Assembly: GCA_029260875.1 (NCBI GenBank)
Contig: JAJDCL010000028.1
Location: forward strand, 1,161 to 65,160
Length of the DNA: 64,000 nucleotides
Origin: Candidatus Saccharimonadota bacterium
GTDB taxonomy: Bacteria; Patescibacteriota; Saccharimonadia; Saccharimonadales; OFTM59
Direction: 5' to 3'
Shown here one piece after another: positions 1 through 9,382 of this stretch. The stretch's first letter is position 1. Each line of letters begins with the position of its first letter. Made by a program: the position numbers and the translations under genes. The notes beneath the pieces are model-generated. The model was not told the origin of the DNA. It saw only the letters and a program-made list of their open reading frames with translations, and did not search any database.

Positions 1-521
1 CAAAAACCGAATATCCACCTGACCATCGGTCCAAGCACCGGAATAAGAATGCCGATAGGGTAAACATAAGATACTATAGCCGTGTGTTTAAGTTTGATGT
101 GGGCCATTTCATGGAAAAGTATAACATCCAGTTCTGCTTTGGATAGCTCCTCAACGATCGCTGAATGAAGAACGATAGTATACGGCCTGGTATAACCCAC
201 GGCAAAAGCGTTTAAGTAAGGGTCTTGTGCTATATACACATCAACAGGCGGCATATCAAGCTGGTGCGCTATTGTGCGGACTGAATCAACCAGGTGGGCG
301 TGACGACCATTTTGAACCCTGAACGCGTTGCCTAAAAACGATATTTGGTACAACTTAACATAAAAAAGCGATACTCCTACCACAATCATAATAGCAAGTA
401 GGGCGCTTAGTTTTTCCTCCGCCAAAATGACAGCCACCAACACAAGGATAACTACGGTTATTATAAGCACCACCGTATCACTTGATTTCTTAGCAAGCTC
501 TAAATAGTTTTTGGACTGCAT
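1..521 (-). CDS. M48-family zinc metallopeptidase (HtpX-like), N-terminal part; gene runs off the left edge
   Basis: Own translation of the minus strand from the ATG at 521-519 gives MQSKNYLELAKK..., then hydrophobic segments, then ...ELDVILFHEMAHIKLKH (HExxH zinc motif). It is absent from the ORF track because no stop lies inside the window. Confidence 0.65.
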   Translation of the reverse strand, partial: MQSKNYLELAKKSSDTVVLIITVVILVLVAVILAEEKLSALLAIMIVVGVSLFYVKLYQISFLGNAFRVQNGRHAHLVDSVRTIAHQLDMPPVDVYIAQDPYLNAFAVGYTRPYTIVLHSAIVEELSKAELDVILFHEMAHIKLKHTAIVSYVYPIGILIPVLGPMVRWIFGF

Positions 522-577
522 GTATGTTGTTAATTTATTCTACTGAGAAAGCAGTAGTATCGGTTATCTCACGGGTT

Positions 578-1003
578 TCAAGAAAGAAATATCATTAAGT
601 TAAAGATAGCAAAAAGGGATCCAAGGCCTATACCAATAATGCCGAGCGTTCTAAGCTTGGGGTTTAAATTGCCTTTGCTTACGGCGATTCCTCCTAGAAT
701 CCAAGCTATAATAGGTATCCAACAAAAAACTATGCTAAGAACTCCGAGCGTGATGGCCGGTTTTTGCCCTTTACTGTAATAATCGCTTTGGTCAGGAAAC
801 TGGCCATTTCCTACAGGTTGCTGCCAAGCCCCTTGGGGCGGTCCTTGGTAGGGGGTTTGGTTTGTCGGATACGAAGGCGCTACTGGTGGTTGTGCTGGCA
901 GCGGTTGTGGCGGTGCCTGCGGCTGTTGTGGTTGTTGTGCTGGTGGATAGCCGGTCGGCGTAGGCGGTTGTGGTTGATAAGGCTGGCTATTGTTCGGGTC
1001 CAT
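578..1003 (-). CDS. Small membrane protein with a Pro/Gln-rich N-terminus and a double-TM C-terminus (DUF4190-like)
   Basis: 141-aa ORF. The N-terminus is MDPNNSQPYQPQPP... low complexity. The C-terminus is two hydrophobic helices (LGVLSIVFCWIPIIAWILGGIAV / LGIIGIGLGSLFAIFNLMIFL). The + strand ORF 764-1012 is its mirror artefact. Confidence 0.55.
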   Translation of the reverse strand: MDPNNSQPYQPQPPTPTGYPPAQQPQQPQAPPQPLPAQPPVAPSYPTNQTPYQGPPQGAWQQPVGNGQFPDQSDYYSKGQKPAITLGVLSIVFCWIPIIAWILGGIAVSKGNLNPKLRTLGIIGIGLGSLFAIFNLMIFLS

Positions 1004-1128
1004 GAATCCTAAATTCCTTCATACAGTTATATTAGTTATGCTTACAGTTTAATATAAAACGACCAAATAACAAAAATGCGAGTGGCAGAAAGTCTTTAGT
1101 TGTTCTTATAAGAACCGCTAAGGGGCTA

Positions 1129-2170
1129 TTAGTTGCTTTGTTTTGCAAGCTCGCCGTAGGTTTCAGCCAGTTGTTTTTTAAGCTTAGCACGTGCCCGCCG
1201 CGCAAGGTAACGACCGATGAGCTTATCCCACATCAGCCACCATTTCAATGCGCCGATGAGACTAAAGCCGGGCGCTTTGATTTTGACGCTCTGACCCAGT
1301 TCAATATGCAATCGCGCCTGTGAAGGCACCGCAAAGATATCATCGTGCGCCAGCTTGTCGCCAACCTTTTTTAATACACCCTGCACAGTTTGAAACTTAT
1401 CCTCAATATCCTGCTGGCTCTCCGGATAGTCGCGCCAGTAGAAGTAAAGCCGATTTTCTATGATTTCTATATCACACAGCTGGGCGTGCTGGATAAGCGC
1501 CATCATGGCGTCGGGGGCCAAGACAGTTAAATCTGTTATTCCATATTTGTCCGGGGCGTAGAGCGAAATATTTGTAGAAATCACCCTCGAGATTAATCTT
1601 TTGCGATTCGTCAAAATCAAACGGCAAGGTATGTATGTCAGCTATTGTTGAATCAATCACCATGTGCGGTAAATGGCGCGGCAATGTAAACTCCATGACG
1701 GTATAATTCGGGATTGATAACTTGTCGTCATGAAACAGACTCTGGCGGTAGAACGAAAATGGCAGTCCCTGCATACGGCCGCTAATATGGTCGGCTATCC
1801 ATGGGGACGTTTCGTCTTTGGTGAATAATATTCCCGGCCTTGAAGTCGGGCTGTAAGTCGCGTCAAGACGAAAACCATTACGACTTGCAAACATCTGCAG
1901 TGCGCGATTATTAATAGTATAGCGTGTAACTTCTTGGTACATTAGATATATTAAAGCCGCAAAAAAGATAAATATAAATATTATGCCCAATAGCCACCCA
2001 GAAGAGTCAATATTTAATCTACCTACCGACACCACATCCCATACAAGCGCAATGACCAGAGATCCGCCCAATAAAACAGCCATGAAAAGATTGCTATGAT
2101 GCTCAGGCTTGCGATACGGACGCAAAGGTGAAAAATCTATAGATTGCCCTGTCGCCGGTGCGCTATTCAT
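1129..2170 (-). pseudogene. Membrane protein gene split into two overlapping reading frames (apparent +1 shift near 1555-1600)
   Basis: ORFs 1472-2170 and 1129-1620 overlap in different frames. Frame A reads ...INLEGDFYKYFAL and then turns to nonsense. Frame B picks up as ...SLYAPDKYGITDLTVLAPDAMMALIQH... and carries on as a plausible protein to 1129. Confidence 0.5.
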
Positions 2171-2354
2171 GCTGCTAAGTTTAGCACGGCAGGGCTTTAG
2201 TTCCCTGGTAATCTATTCTAGATTGTGCATAGTAATAGGGCGACGGGCTTGCCTTAAAATATTTCCAACTCTGATAAATCCAAGAACATGCCACCCGGCA
2301 TCTTCCAGGAAACTTTATAAGGTCTCACCCTGAAAGGTGTTGTTTTGTGTAATC

Positions 2355-2767
2355 TTAGTTTTGGGTTGGGTAAAAATCACCCTTCAGGTAGCTCTGTAGG
2401 GCCAGCTTGCTAGCGTCAAAATGAGGTTTTGGCACCTGGGAGAGCGGGCACCAAAATAGCTCCTGACATTTTTGTGGATCTAAAATGCGCGGCTCGCCCT
2501 CAAAAGTTTTGGCAACCAATACAACGGATTTAAAATGCACGCCGTCTTCTCTATATGTCTCTAGATTGTTCGTAATAGCTATGACTTGGGGTTGATGCCG
2601 TGCTCTTCTTGTAATTCCCGTTTTGCGCACTCCTAAAAGTTCTCTCCAATCTCTAAACTGCCGCCAGGGATGGAATGTTTTGGCGCATGGCTGCCTGTTC
2701 GTCGGCCAACAAGAACCTCTCCCTGGGCGTTTTCCACAATAACCCCCACCCTTGGTCTATTTTGCAT
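2355..2767 (-). pseudogene. NUDIX hydrolase gene with an in-frame TAG inside the Nudix box and a downstream frameshift
   Basis: Own translation gives MQNRPRVGVIV...PGGSLEIGENF-TAG(2633-2635)-ECAKRELQEEHGINPKS. This matches Gx5Ex7REUxEExGU except for the stop. The rest of the fold (…VIAITNNLETYREDGVHFKSVVLVAKTF…) continues in another frame after the CCCC run at 2588-2591. Confidence 0.7.
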
Positions 2768-2794
2768 AATAAACACCTCCATCAAATACGTCCA

Positions 2795-2879
2795 TGGTGC
2801 CGGAGAAGGGACTTGAACCCTCAATCCCGAAGGAACACGATTTTGAGTCGTGCGCGTATACCAATTCCGCCACTCCGGC
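2795..2879 (-). tRNA. tRNA-Leu(CAA), class II with long variable arm, CCA encoded
   Basis: Minus strand reads GCCGGAGTGGCGGAATTGGTATACGCGCACGACTCAAAATCGTGTTCCTTCGGGATTGAGGGTTCAAGTCCCTTCTCCGGCACCA. Acceptor is GCCGGAG/CTCCGGC, the anticodon loop is CU-CAA-AA, and the T-loop is GGTTCAAGTCC. Confidence 0.9.
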
Positions 2880-3071
2880 TCGTCAGAACCAACAGTCAGC
2901 TGACACAAAAGAAAACAAGTTTTCTTTTGTGTCACCCTCTAGCCGCCTCTTCCTCTTAGTTTTCCATACAGTCGCTTTTAGGCTCCTTGGTTTGAAAAAC
3001 TAGGTTAAAGCAAAACTCGGGGATTTGCCTAATAGGTAAGACGAAAGCATTATATTATACTTATATCTGTT

Positions 3072-4313
3072 ATGCCACCGGACGATGATTCGTTAGACGA
3101 GCTAAAGAAAAACCTGGGGCTACCGACAAAGCGAGATAAGGTGGTTCAGCCACTGCACGACCTGAATTCTAACGGCGACAACCCGGCCTTAAAACTTATT
3201 CGTGGCAAGATTGACGCTCTGTATGCAACCGAGCCGAATGCCAAAGAAGAGCTGGCCGAGGCCAGGGCCACCGTGCAACACCGGTCAAAACACCAAAAGT
3301 ATATGTACGATTTAAGCAAGTCAGGCAAGTCGCTGGCTGATATTCAGACCGCTTGGCACAATTATTACGCCAACTTGCCTGACCAAGAAAAACACGAGGT
3401 TTGGCAGGAATTTTATATCAATCATGCTAAAGCGACCCAAGCTGCCAAGCCACAAGTCACAAAGGCCGAAACCGGGCGTCCGATGGTCGCAACACCAACA
3501 GCACCCCCCCAGCCAGCACATCGCAAGATAACTGATAACCGCTCGGTTCATGAGCTGAAAAATCAGCTACTAAATAAAGTAAACGGCCGCGCCAAACAAA
3601 AGGCGCATCACCGTAAGTCCCTTATGTTTGGAGTAAGCATGGGACTTTTAATGACATTTATTATGTTGTTTGGGTTTTTTAACGAACGTTTTATTGCGCC
3701 CTTCTTAACACCCAGCAAGGCTTTAAGCGCTACACCAATTATCCTAGATTCTGACGCAACGGTCGGGCCAGAATCCAAGATAATCATCCCGAAGATCAAT
3801 GTTGAGATACCAATTGTATACGATGTTGCCTCGGTTGAAGAAGATGTCTTTCAGCAGGCTTTAGAAAACGGAGTTGTGCATTATAAGGGCACATCACACC
3901 CTGGCGAAACCGGCAATACGGTCATATTCGGGCACTCTAGCAACAATATTTTAAACCGTGGTAAATATAAGTTTGCGTTTGTGCTTCTAAGTCGCCTAGA
4001 AATCGGCGACACATTTATGCTAAACCACGGAGGCAGACGCTACGTATACAGGGTCAACAAGAAAGAGATAGTAAAACCCACTGACATATCTGTGCTTGCA
4101 CCAACAGAGAAGCCCTCAGTGTCACTGATTACCTGTGATCCACCTGGCACGGCAATCAATCGGTTGGTCGTAGTGGGGGAACAGATATCGCCCGACCCCG
4201 CAGCAAATATCGCCAGTAGCAGCCCAGGCGTGGCTCAAGGTGATCAGCCGACCGTATTGCCGTCTGATTCGCCCAGCCTATGGAGCCGATTCTGGGGCTG
4301 GCTCAGTTCCTAG
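3072..4313 (+). CDS. Sortase-family transpeptidase with a long N-terminal cytoplasmic extension and one TM segment
   Basis: 413 aa. It has a TM segment (SLMFGVSMGLLMTFIMLFGFF), then VIFGHSSNN..., then the sortase signature SLITCDPPGT (TLxTC-type catalytic Cys). Confidence 0.8.
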   Translation: MPPDDDSLDELKKNLGLPTKRDKVVQPLHDLNSNGDNPALKLIRGKIDALYATEPNAKEELAEARATVQHRSKHQKYMYDLSKSGKSLADIQTAWHNYYANLPDQEKHEVWQEFYINHAKATQAAKPQVTKAETGRPMVATPTAPPQPAHRKITDNRSVHELKNQLLNKVNGRAKQKAHHRKSLMFGVSMGLLMTFIMLFGFFNERFIAPFLTPSKALSATPIILDSDATVGPESKIIIPKINVEIPIVYDVASVEEDVFQQALENGVVHYKGTSHPGETGNTVIFGHSSNNILNRGKYKFAFVLLSRLEIGDTFMLNHGGRRYVYRVNKKEIVKPTDISVLAPTEKPSVSLITCDPPGTAINRLVVVGEQISPDPAANIASSSPGVAQGDQPTVLPSDSPSLWSRFWGWLSS

Positions 4314-4324
4314 TTCAGCCTCCG

Positions 4325-5803
4325 TTAGTTGTTTGATGTAACCAAAAGCTCAGTACGTAGTAAAGTAGCGCGCCCAACAATTTGTGAGTCCGATAACGTA
4401 TAAAGCGCAGTGTAATTACTGTTGAAGTAGGGCGTAGAACTAGAGTATGCAGACGATAGTTCTTGTTTGTTGGTACCGTCAAAGTCAAAAACATTAACGT
4501 GGTTATTGCTCACAAGCGTCAGGCGGTGACCATCCATCCAAACGGCTCTTTGAGGAGTGGCTAGCTCAAGCCCTGTATTGTAGCGATAGTGGCGAGCCGT
4601 CTCGGTATCATAAACGACAAATTTGCTACCCGACTGAATCTGTACAAAGCGGGCGTTAGTAGAAAACGATGCAAACTGGGGGTCTTCAATACGCAGAAGC
4701 GCAGCCGGGATAATCTTTGCTGCTGGGTTACGTCGCAACGCAAGAACCGGGTCGCGCAATATATACATCCTTTGATCATCAGTGGCACCAGCCAAGACGT
4801 ACCAGCGACCAGAAAAACGAGCTATATCCAGTATGTAGCTAGTATCGACCGGTAGCTCCTTAACGGTATAAATTTGGTCACCTTCACGAATACGCACCGC
4901 GACGTTTCCTTCCGCCGCACCGCTACTGGCAACGTACAAGAGCACATCGTTACCGTGAGATTTGAACTGTATGACACCGTTTAGTAGTGGCACGGGGGCC
5001 TGGCCGTTTAGTTCGGCTGTCATCAGCGTTTGAGCAGAACGGTCATGCAAGTAATAACGATCAAAGCGCTTATCGCGCAAAACTACATCTGTAAACACAG
5101 TGCCACTAAAATTGCGACTCAAATTGCGACTTAATGCAGGCGCCTCGTGGTCAATCAATACAAACTCAGTGCCTGTGTCAAATGTGTGCCTGACAACGAC
5201 GTGGCGATTGTCGGTTGACCATTCAACCACATCAATGTCATGCCGATCACCATTAATACTGAATAAATCTGGTGGCAGAGCAAGGTTAATAGCAGTGGCT
5301 AGCTCTGAATTTAGGTCGACCAAATCAAAACTTATGTGAGCACCGGGCTGCCTGACAATCAACCAGCGACGATCCGGGCTCTGCGTAGAAAAAACAGGCT
5401 TTTCTGCATAAAGTTGTGTCTCGCGCGACACCAATGATTCCGGAAACAACACCGGATAAACCAGTCGCTCGATTTTACCCCCGAGTAGGTTAATGGTTTT
5501 TTCCCATGTACGGTAACCAGCGCGCCTAACACTGATATCGTACTTGCTTGACGGCATAATTAGGCGTTGGTCTGTCGCCCCTTTTAATTCACCATTCACA
5601 TAAACATCTGCTCTCTCGGGATGGGCATCCACAAAAACTAAACCGTTCTGATTAATTGCCCCTGTCTGCAGGTCAAATGTATAGCCGTAGGCTTGCAGCA
5701 CCAGAAGTAGTGACACCAAACTAATAGCAACCACCATCAGCACATAGCCCACGTACAGACGTATGCGGTGTTGTCGTTGTTTGATTGGGTCTAGGAAATC
5801 CAT
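4325..5803 (-). CDS. Membrane-anchored PEGA-domain protein
   Basis: 492 aa. An N-terminal TM helix is followed by a PEGA-like segment (ADVYVNGELKGATDQRLIMPSSKYDISVRRAGYRTWEKTINL) and a long beta-rich region. Confidence 0.6.
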   Translation of the reverse strand: MDFLDPIKQRQHRIRLYVGYVLMVVAISLVSLLLVLQAYGYTFDLQTGAINQNGLVFVDAHPERADVYVNGELKGATDQRLIMPSSKYDISVRRAGYRTWEKTINLLGGKIERLVYPVLFPESLVSRETQLYAEKPVFSTQSPDRRWLIVRQPGAHISFDLVDLNSELATAINLALPPDLFSINGDRHDIDVVEWSTDNRHVVVRHTFDTGTEFVLIDHEAPALSRNLSRNFSGTVFTDVVLRDKRFDRYYLHDRSAQTLMTAELNGQAPVPLLNGVIQFKSHGNDVLLYVASSGAAEGNVAVRIREGDQIYTVKELPVDTSYILDIARFSGRWYVLAGATDDQRMYILRDPVLALRRNPAAKIIPAALLRIEDPQFASFSTNARFVQIQSGSKFVVYDTETARHYRYNTGLELATPQRAVWMDGHRLTLVSNNHVNVFDFDGTNKQELSSAYSSSTPYFNSNYTALYTLSDSQIVGRATLLRTELLVTSNN

Positions 5804-5943
5804 ATTTTTATTTTAGTCGAACGTGACTATAGTATAAATATCAGTAGGCTCCTTTGTCAAAAGAAGCGACAGGGCTTGCAGAAGTTAACCATTTGGGTTT
5901 AAGATACAAGTTGTTTTAACCAAAACATAAGAGGGTAGAGCTA

Positions 5944-7035
5944 GTGGCTCAAAATACAATCGAAATCAATGGCAGACATTACGACGCGTTATCTGGCAAA
6001 CTACTAGATAACGGCCATCTGAAACCGACCAAAAAAAGTAGTTCAAAAACCGGTACTCAGGTAGTAGACGGGTTCATAAGACGGCCAAAACAAGCCCTGC
6101 CCAGGCAAGCGACCCCTTCACACAAAGTGCATAGCAAAGCCTCTCACTCAAAAACCCTTATGAGAACGTCTGTGAAGAAACCGGCCCAAAAAATCACGGC
6201 AATACATAATAAGAATTACTCTACCTATCATCCCAACGAAAGCAACAGCTCAAGGACAGAAAGGCCAGATCACGTTGACAGCACGCGCATAGAGCGAGCA
6301 GCAGCCATACACAGAAGCAGCTTGGTGAGTAGATTTGGCGAGATTGGTAGTCATATAACCAAACGTGTTGCCCCTATAGCTGTCAAGCCCGCCCCTGAGC
6401 ACGGCAAAACCGCACTCCATAGCGCAAGCACCCCGATAGACTTACGAGGCACTAACCCTGCTAGTGTAGTAGAGGAACCGTTGAGCCCTTTTGACATTGC
6501 CCTGCAAAAGGCTGACTCGCACAAGCTATCGCGGACCAAGAGGCAATCATTAAAACAGCGTACCGCGCGCAAGCTACGTATAAGTACCCATGCGCTGAGT
6601 CTTGCTATGGGCGTATTTCTTGCATTATTTGTTGGGGGGATTCTTGCGTACCGCAGCGTCCCTCAAATTGCACTCAAAATTGCCTCCACACGTGCAGGGG
6701 TTAGAGCTCAACTACCATCCTATCAGCCGTCCGGCTTTTCGCTCAGCGGCCCAGTCCAATATGGTGATGGCGTGGTTACTTTAAAGTATGAGTCCAATTC
6801 TGATGACCGCAATTTTAGCGTGGTTCAGAAAAAGTCCGACCTAAATAGCCAGTCACTAGCAGAAAATTTCACAACCGCTCAAAGCACATATCAAACCTTT
6901 GAAGATAAGGGTCGTACAATTTTTGTTTACGAAGGCAGCAATGCCACATGGGTGAACGGCGGTGTGTGGTACACGGTAGAAGGCGAATCAGAACTTTCTA
7001 GCGACCAGCTCCGCCGAATTGTCTCCGGCCTTTAA
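5944..7035 (+). CDS. Hypothetical single-pass membrane protein (basic, Ser/Thr-rich N-terminal half)
   Basis: 363-aa ORF with a GTG start. It has a TM helix (LSLAMGVFLALFVGGILAY) and no motif I recognise. Confidence 0.5.
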   Translation: MAQNTIEINGRHYDALSGKLLDNGHLKPTKKSSSKTGTQVVDGFIRRPKQALPRQATPSHKVHSKASHSKTLMRTSVKKPAQKITAIHNKNYSTYHPNESNSSRTERPDHVDSTRIERAAAIHRSSLVSRFGEIGSHITKRVAPIAVKPAPEHGKTALHSASTPIDLRGTNPASVVEEPLSPFDIALQKADSHKLSRTKRQSLKQRTARKLRISTHALSLAMGVFLALFVGGILAYRSVPQIALKIASTRAGVRAQLPSYQPSGFSLSGPVQYGDGVVTLKYESNSDDRNFSVVQKKSDLNSQSLAENFTTAQSTYQTFEDKGRTIFVYEGSNATWVNGGVWYTVEGESELSSDQLRRIVSGL

Positions 7036-7140
7036 TTGCGTAATATTTTTTAAAGCGTATATTATACCAATAAGAGGTCATAATTTTTATAATATTGCTA
7101 TTTTAGTTTATAAGTATTATAGTGTAGAGCAAGAATTACT

Positions 7141-7827
7141 ATGGAAGAACTAAATCCAAAGTTTGGACCAGTTAGCGTATTTTACGAGGGTATTTATAGC
7201 AGGCATAAGGAGTTACTATTTCTTGCTGATAGTTTCCGGCAAGGAATGGAGTTGATCGCCGACTTGGAGCACGTTAACGAAATACTTCGCAGCTCACCAA
7301 GACCGGATTTAGTTATGACCGAACGACTAGAAATGATGCCTGTAGAATCACCCTCCAAGCTGGGACGGATTAATAATTTCGTTCCGAATTTGTGTGGATT
7401 CGGTGTCCCATTATTCGAAGACCAGAAACAACCCGGGTTTGCGTCAAATGAATTAAAACGCACATATATAGGCCGACGAACGCCCACCGAAGAAGAACGC
7501 GCACAATATTTCCTTATTGGTGCAAGAGGTAATTATCATAAACAATTAGAATTCGCAAAAGAGAACGGCGTAGACGAAGAGCTGGCCCGTGACATGATAT
7601 TAATGACACATATTGATAAAGAAGCATTTATGAGGATGTGGATATTGATGCCTGAGCTGACAGCTGCTTTGATGGCAGCTTGTTTAGACACTCCCGGATC
7701 AGAGAGAAAAAACATTAAAGAAGAAGTTTTTGTTGCATACGCATTGATGTCACGGCTAGTTGATCGAAATGATGCGAGAGCCGTCAAAAAAGACGGTAGT
7801 ATTGATCCCTGGCTACTCTGTCATTAA
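7141..7827 (+). CDS. Hypothetical protein (orphan)
   Basis: 228-aa ORF preceded by a very AT-rich 100-nt spacer. No recognisable motif. Confidence 0.45.
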   Translation: MEELNPKFGPVSVFYEGIYSRHKELLFLADSFRQGMELIADLEHVNEILRSSPRPDLVMTERLEMMPVESPSKLGRINNFVPNLCGFGVPLFEDQKQPGFASNELKRTYIGRRTPTEEERAQYFLIGARGNYHKQLEFAKENGVDEELARDMILMTHIDKEAFMRMWILMPELTAALMAACLDTPGSERKNIKEEVFVAYALMSRLVDRNDARAVKKDGSIDPWLLCH

Positions 7828-7892
7828 GTAGTCATCTCAACCTTGTAATTATCTTGATTACGAGAAGTGCTAATCTGTTACAATAGCGTTAT

Positions 7893-9362
7893 ATGATAGA
7901 CGAAAAGGCAAGGACACGATTTGCGCCTAGCCCTACGGGTTATTTGCATGTAGGGGGGATCCGGACAGCTGTTTTTGCGTGGCTCGTGGCCAGACAGAGC
8001 GGGGGACAGTTTGTTCTGCGCTTGGAAGATACGGACAAAAAGCGTGAAGTAGAAGGCTCAGATAAACATCTCATGGAAAGTTTGCGCGTACTTGGGCTTA
8101 AGTATGACGAAGGCCCGGATATAGGCGGTCCGTTTGCGCCATATCGTCAGAGTGAGAGGCTAGACAATTACAAGGCCTGGGCTCAAAAACTTATTGACGC
8201 AGGGCGGGCATATGCCGATCCTTACACAGCCGAAGAAGTCCAGGGCTTTCGCGAAGAAGCCCAAAGAAACAAACAACCATTTTTATACAGAAATCATCGC
8301 CCTGAGAACACCCAGCCCTGGGACGGGGCTAAACCTTTGCGGTTCAAATCAGACCCTAAACCATATAAGTGGCACGACACCATTATGGGTGATTTGTCTA
8401 CCGGCCCAGAAGTCATAGATGATTTTATCCTGGTTAAATCTGATGGGTATCCGACTTATAACTTTGCGCATATTATTGACGATGCAGAAATGCAGATAAC
8501 GCATATAATCCGTGGTCAGGAATTTATCGCAAGCGTACCAAATTATCTAAATCTTTATGAGGCCCTCAATATAGCTCCACCGATAATGGCGACGGCCCCG
8601 CACGTACTAGGGCCAGACGGTAAAAAGAAGTTAAGCAAACGCGACGGCGCTAAAGATGTGCTGGATTACGTGCGCGACGGGTTTTTGCCCGAAGTTTTAG
8701 TTAATTTTATTGTCAGTCTTGGCTGGAACGACGGAACCGAACAAGAAATATTTACGCGGGAGGAGCTTATTCAAAAGTTTAGTTTGGACCGAGTACAAAA
8801 AAGTGGTGCACATTTTGACGAGCGACGCCTTGCTTGGATGAATGGCGCACATATTCGCCAATTGAATCTGGATGATTTATATAAAAGGACAGTTGGCGAA
8901 GGAGATAAGAGTCAGGAGATAGGAGTCAGAAATTTTTGGCCTGAAGAGGCACGTAAGCAACCTGATGAATACAAAAAACAGGTTTTAGCGCTTGTTCAGG
9001 AGCGCCTGAAATACTTTGCGGAACTGCCGGAGCTAACCCGCTTTTTCTTTATAGATTTGCCAATTAGTCCAGAGCTTATTTCTGGGAACAAACAACTTAA
9101 TAAATTTTCAGGCTCAGAGCTGGCAAGCATGCTAGAACAAGCAAAACACGCACTAGAGCAGAGTAGTTTTACTGTTCAGGATATAACAGATAGGTTGAAT
9201 CAATTATTAGAACGAACTGGCCAAAAACCGGGCGTACTTTTTAGCCTTATACGTATTGCCACAACTCAAGCCCCCGCAAGCCCAGCTTTAGCAGAAACCT
9301 TAGCTATCCTAGGCAAAGAAACGGCGCTGCAACGAATTAATCGACAATTAACAGCGTTTTAA
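7893..9362 (+). CDS. gltX: Glutamyl-tRNA synthetase
   Basis: 489 aa with the class I motifs RFAPSPTGYLHVGG (HIGH) and KLSKRDG (KMSKS). Confidence 0.95.
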   Translation: MIDEKARTRFAPSPTGYLHVGGIRTAVFAWLVARQSGGQFVLRLEDTDKKREVEGSDKHLMESLRVLGLKYDEGPDIGGPFAPYRQSERLDNYKAWAQKLIDAGRAYADPYTAEEVQGFREEAQRNKQPFLYRNHRPENTQPWDGAKPLRFKSDPKPYKWHDTIMGDLSTGPEVIDDFILVKSDGYPTYNFAHIIDDAEMQITHIIRGQEFIASVPNYLNLYEALNIAPPIMATAPHVLGPDGKKKLSKRDGAKDVLDYVRDGFLPEVLVNFIVSLGWNDGTEQEIFTREELIQKFSLDRVQKSGAHFDERRLAWMNGAHIRQLNLDDLYKRTVGEGDKSQEIGVRNFWPEEARKQPDEYKKQVLALVQERLKYFAELPELTRFFFIDLPISPELISGNKQLNKFSGSELASMLEQAKHALEQSSFTVQDITDRLNQLLERTGQKPGVLFSLIRIATTQAPASPALAETLAILGKETALQRINRQLTAF

Positions 9363-9382
9363 CTTTCAGCAAATACCGGAGA

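Noticed and set aside
2633-2935. 100-aa ORF as drawn in the track (MTQKKTCFLL...).
   Set aside because: Its first 56 codons are the antisense or overlap of tRNA-Leu(CAA) (2795-2879). The real NUDIX start is the ATG at 2767.
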